A stretch of DNA of 64,000 nucleotides from the human T2T-CHM13v2.0 reference genome, Homo sapiens. A program made the translations under genes and the position numbers. This document shows positions 59,560-64,000 of this stretch, in pieces. The notes beneath the pieces are model-generated. The model ran no database searches. It had not been told where the DNA came from and saw only the letters and a program-made list of their open reading frames with translations. The stretch lies in assembly GCF_009914755.1 (NCBI RefSeq), contig NC_060941.1. One strand, written 5' to 3'. How positions within the stretch are numbered: the stretch's first letter is position 1; each line of letters opens with the position of its first letter.

Positions 59560-60600
59560 CCCACGCCCACAAACAGAGCCACTCACGTAACTAAAAATGG
59601 TTGGCTCCGGGTTCCACCACTGGAGTCACTTTCTGCCCAACTTCAAAATGGCGCCCACTAGCTTCACCAAAAGGATCGAACTTCCCAGCACCCTCTCTGG
59701 CCCGTAACGTCAGGTGACGCGAGACCCAGCCGGAAGTGAAGGAAAAAGCGCTTCAGCCCGCGGCGCCTGCGCAGAACGCTCCAGACGCTGAGAGGCAGGA
59801 GGCACTAGGGATCGTCCGCAGGATTGGGACTGATACAGAGGCCGCCACGGAGCCCGCCGGAGCCACCGTTCCTGCTGCTGCCGCCGCTGCCCGAATCGGA
59901 ACCGTCGGGCCGCAGCCGCCGGCAATGCCGCGAAGGAAGGTGAGAAACGGGAGAGGAGGGATGGCGGGTTTCTAAGGACAGTCGATTGAGCACCGTGACG
60001 CAGTTGGCCACGCCTCACAGTGCTTGGGTCCCAACTTTCCGCTCCCCCGAACCTTGTTCAGCTACCCTCTCTTCTGTCCATACCCAACAGAAAAATGTGG
60101 GCCCGACCCTGGCCTCGGCCTATGCTTGCAACTATTCCCGCCCTCTGCTTGCCTGGATCGGAGGCGTTCTTATTAATTGGTCGCTGAAACGTCTGGAAGC
60201 ATATTGATTGGCTGGTGACGCCGCCTGTTTGGGCTCAACGGTCACCTCCCCGCGTGCGGGGGCGGTGTCTGGCCCCGGCCCCAGCGCTCTCCCACTGGCT
60301 GGAGAGAACGATCCCTCCTCTCCTGATTGGTCGAGGTTGGCAGTCTGTCCTGTGGGGGCGCGGCTTAGGCGGACCTCGATTGGGTGGCCCGAATCCCCGC
60401 CTTTCCGAGCGGGGACGCTGATAGGTGCAGAGGCGGGGTTTTGGAGGCCTCGTTACCTTCCAGGTGAGGGGCACAACAAAGCAGAAGACTGGGTGGTGGG
60501 AAGCCAGCGCCCACTCGCAGGGGATCCCTCTCAGGCCAGTTGCCTCCAAGCAGTTGCCTCTTTCCTTATTTGCTAGTTCGACAGCGCCTAGAAAATGCAG
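59560..60600. promoter_or_regulatory. KAT7: CpG island / KAT7 promoter with YY1, ATF/CRE-like, ETS (GABP) and NRF1 motifs
   Basis: CAAAATGGCG 59644-59653; TAACGTCA 59705-59712 and GGTGACGC 59713-59720; CCGGAAGTG 59730-59738; GCGCCTGCGCA 59763-59773; no obvious TATA box; dense CpG. Confidence 0.85.
59925..59939 (+). CDS. KAT7: KAT7 (HBO1/MYST2) coding exon 1, MPRRK
   Basis: ATG CCG CGA AGG AAG followed by AAG|GTGAGA donor at 59940; joins exon 2 in phase 0 to give [23 protein letters not shown], the KAT7 N-terminus. Confidence 0.96.
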
Positions 60601-61294
60601 TTGGTAAAAACTAAAAACTTCTAGAATTAGAAGGCACTTAGAAGATCACCCAGGAATGGCCCCGTCGTTTCTTCTTACAGCTGAACTAACGGAGGCCCAT
60701 GGAGTGCCGCAAGCCACTCAGGCAGTGGCAGATCCAGAATATAGAACAAATCTAACTCAATTCAACAAATGTCTATTGACTACTTTCTGCGCGGTGGTTG
60801 CTGTGGATTCAGAAATTAATTAGATGTGATCCCTGGCTTAAGGGTGTCACAGCCCGATAGGAGAAAACAGACATGAATAATCTTAGAAGGATCTAGTAAG
60901 TTCTCAGCTTGGAGGTGTATACAAGGTGTTGCTGGAAGGAAGTGAAGGAGCAGTTAAGTCTGCCCTGGAGTACAATGGGAGATATATTGGTAAAAGCCAC
61001 AGAGAAGAGCTGAGTTCCAGGATCAAGCCAGGAAGGAATAAGTCTCACGTCAAGGCTTTAAATATCTCGGTAATTAGACTATAATGGTGACTTTTAAGAT
61101 TCCCCCTTCATTTCAGCCGTTTTCTGTGATTCTTGCTCATTTCCTGGCAGGTTACCCTTAAGATACTTGGAAAACTGGGTGGTATTCTTGCTCATATCAA
61201 TAGAAATCTTTCTCTTCACAGCGGCTTTTCAGGTTGAAAATGTACACTTTTTAATGTCTCCTAAAATGACCTCAGCTGGTGGGTGGTATGTATG

Positions 61295-61613
<319 letters not shown>

Positions 61614-62478
61614 TAAAGGCTCACCAAATGCAGGAATAATATTGGTGCCTTGAAATAGGGCCACAGTCCTCTTTCTTAATTTCCCAAATACCGGGAGTTA
61701 CTTGAAAATGTACATTTTTTTAGTAACCTGTTTGGCGGCAAACCTGTCTTAATCTGTCCTGAGGCTACTTATGGTTTTTGTGTGTCTCATTTAGTGTGAC
61801 TGTTTATATTTTTTGCTGCAGAAATACTATTATGTTTTGTTATTGGGTGGTATTTGCAGGATACATGCAAAGTACTCCCCTTCTAAAAATCCAAAACAAT
61901 TACAAATTCTAAACACAACTGGCCCTCAGGGTTTTGAATAAATAATTGGGACTTACAGTGTGAATCTTTGTATTGTTTTCAGTAAATATTTTTTCCTTTC
62001 TGGTTTTGTAAAGGGTATAGTGTTAGTGCTTAATTGATAAAAGTTATCTTTATGGCTAAGAAAGAACTCCTCAGGAGGATAATAATTGACAAATCCTTGC
62101 TCATTGAAAAGATGGTTTTGAAAACAACTGTTTTTGAATACCCATGAGTCTTCATGTGCAAGCTGCCTTTTTGGAAGATAGATGGCTTTCATGTGGAGAA
62201 ACGTCAAGGATAGATGGCATACGCACTAACAATTTTCATCTTTTTCTGCTTAAATTCTTTTGGGATTAGAGTTGTGGTCCATGATATTTTGAGATAGTGT
62301 ATGGTTTTTAAAAAATGTGATAGCTTTTCATGGAGACATTGAACAAAAGCTACTCTAAGTTAAATGAGGTCCAGCACCAACGATTTTCTCACTACAGTGG
62401 ACCTTTTTTTGTGATATTGATCTCCAAATGGTCTTGGTTAATACTTAGTACTAATACAGTAAGAATTAATTCTCTTCA

Positions 62479-62775
<297 letters not shown>

Positions 62776-62989
62776 TTAACAAAATTCCCTATTTGTAGGT
62801 TGTTCCATTTAAGTGTTCTAAATAAAGTGAAGTTGCCTGAGGGGGTGGGAGGATGAGAAATGCTTGTGGAATCCTTATTTAGGTTTGAACTTGGGGTTTT
62901 CAGTGTCACAGCTTGTTTTATTTTCAATGTTAATGCAAACTCTCAGACCAAATGCTTCTGTGCTAATATCTGGATCTATGGTATTACAG

Positions 62990-63137
62990 AGGAATGCAGG
63001 CAGTAGTTCAGATGGAACCGAAGATTCCGATTTTTCTACAGATCTCGAGCACACAGACAGTTCAGAAAGTGATGGCACATCCCGACGATCTGCTCGAGTC
63101 ACCCGCTCCTCAGCCAGGCTAAGCCAGAGTTCTCAAG
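62990..63137 (+). CDS. KAT7: KAT7 coding exon 2 (148 nt; [49 protein letters not shown] + 1 nt)
   Basis: Acceptor ttacAG (62988-62989), donor AAG|GTAAAA (63138); Ser/Asp-rich sequence matches KAT7 residues 6-54, including SQ motifs at S50 and S53. Confidence 0.96.
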
Positions 63138-63506
63138 GTAAAAAAACCTTCATTTTTCCTTACCACTCCTCACATCTGGCTGACTGGCCCATCACATTAT
63201 TTTCCTAGTTAATGTGGAAACTGGCCCCTTGGCTTGGTGTAGATGACAGTGCACCAGATGATTGGTAAAATGTAGAGTGAATGCAGAGTTGTCAGGTCTT
63301 TAACAATGCCTCTGTGGGGGGCTACTATCCAATCTGTAGACCCAAAGGAACTGCGGATGGTATAATGGATAGAGACACACGTATGTCTTGAGTCATTTGT
63401 TTGTTTGTTTGTTTGTTTTTTTAGATCGCAGTGTCTCCATCAGTAAAATTGGAATGTTATCCCTTCACTTTCTGTTTGAATGTTTGAGGCTTAGGGACTT
63501 GAAGTC

Positions 63507-63910
63507 CAGATGGTATCTGATTTATGGTGGCTTGATTTAATTTTTTTTTTTAACTTTACAGTGGTGCTAAAACAATATGCATTCAGTGGAAACTTTTAGA
63601 ATTTTGAATTTCGGTCTTTTCCTGGGCCAGTGATATGTGGGCCAAATATTTTCTCATGTTGCTGAGTGGTGGCAATGAGCCATAATAACTCCAGTCAGTG
63701 AGCCGTAACTCCCAGTCAGCCATTTGATCATGAGGGTAAACCAGTACTCTTCAGTGTACTGTCTTTAATAAATTATATGCAATATTCAACACTTTATTAA
63801 AAATAGGCTTTGTGTTAGATGATTGTGCACAATTGTAGGCTAATGTAAGTGGTTTGAGCCTATTTAAAGTAGGCTAGGCTAAGCTATGATGCTCGGTAGG
63901 TTAGGTGTAT
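63507..63910 (+). mobile_element. MER47/Tigger5-like DNA transposon, interrupted by a minus Alu from ~63916
   Basis: cagatgg...ctcccagtcagcc...gatcatgagggtaaac...aggctttgtgttagatgatt...gtaggctaggctaagctatgatg.tcggtaggttaggtgtat. Confidence 0.75.
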
Positions 63911-64000
63911 AGCGGTTTTTTTTATTTTCTGGAGACAGGGTCTTGTGCTCTGTTGCACAGGTTGGAGTGCAGTGGTGTGATCTTGGCTCACTGCAGCCTT

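Noticed and set aside
59710-60018. 102-aa minus ORF antisense to KAT7 exon 1, and the 122-aa ORF at 60208-60576
   Set aside because: Non-AUG starts in a CpG island, no recognisable homology; the latter is out of phase with exon 2 at the 60463 donor
62864-62989. Open frame upstream of KAT7 exon 2
   Set aside because: Intronic read-through; the true junction is explained by MPRRK exon 1

Overview
Primate (almost certainly human, chr17q21.33) Alu-dense genomic DNA containing the 5' ends of two divergently oriented genes. Minus strand: FAM117A coding exon 1 (ATG at 35178, donor after 34983) and exon 2 (3818-3649), joined in frame across a 31.2-kb intron; the rest of the gene lies left of the window. 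Plus strand: KAT7 (HBO1/MYST2 histone acetyltransferase) coding exon 1 (MPRRK, 59925-59939) and exon 2 (62990-63137). Each gene starts in a CpG island with recognisable promoter motifs. The remainder is about 55 Alus (many nested or in tandem), L1/L2/MIR fragments and DNA-transposon fossils (MER2, MER58A, MER53, MER47/Tigger5-like). Almost all ORFs in the supplied track are Alu- or GC-composition artefacts. I see no evidence of a wholly new gene system. The best leads are a stop-free, AUG-free KAT7 leader with an in-frame ACG in perfect Kozak context (possible non-AUG N-terminal extension), a likely bidirectional KAT7 promoter that could supply an upstream non-coding first exon to FAM117A, a second promoter-like module in KAT7 intron 1, and a helically phased octamer array plus a fused E-box/CRE upstream of FAM117A. 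Repeat boundaries and subfamily names were judged by eye and are approximate.
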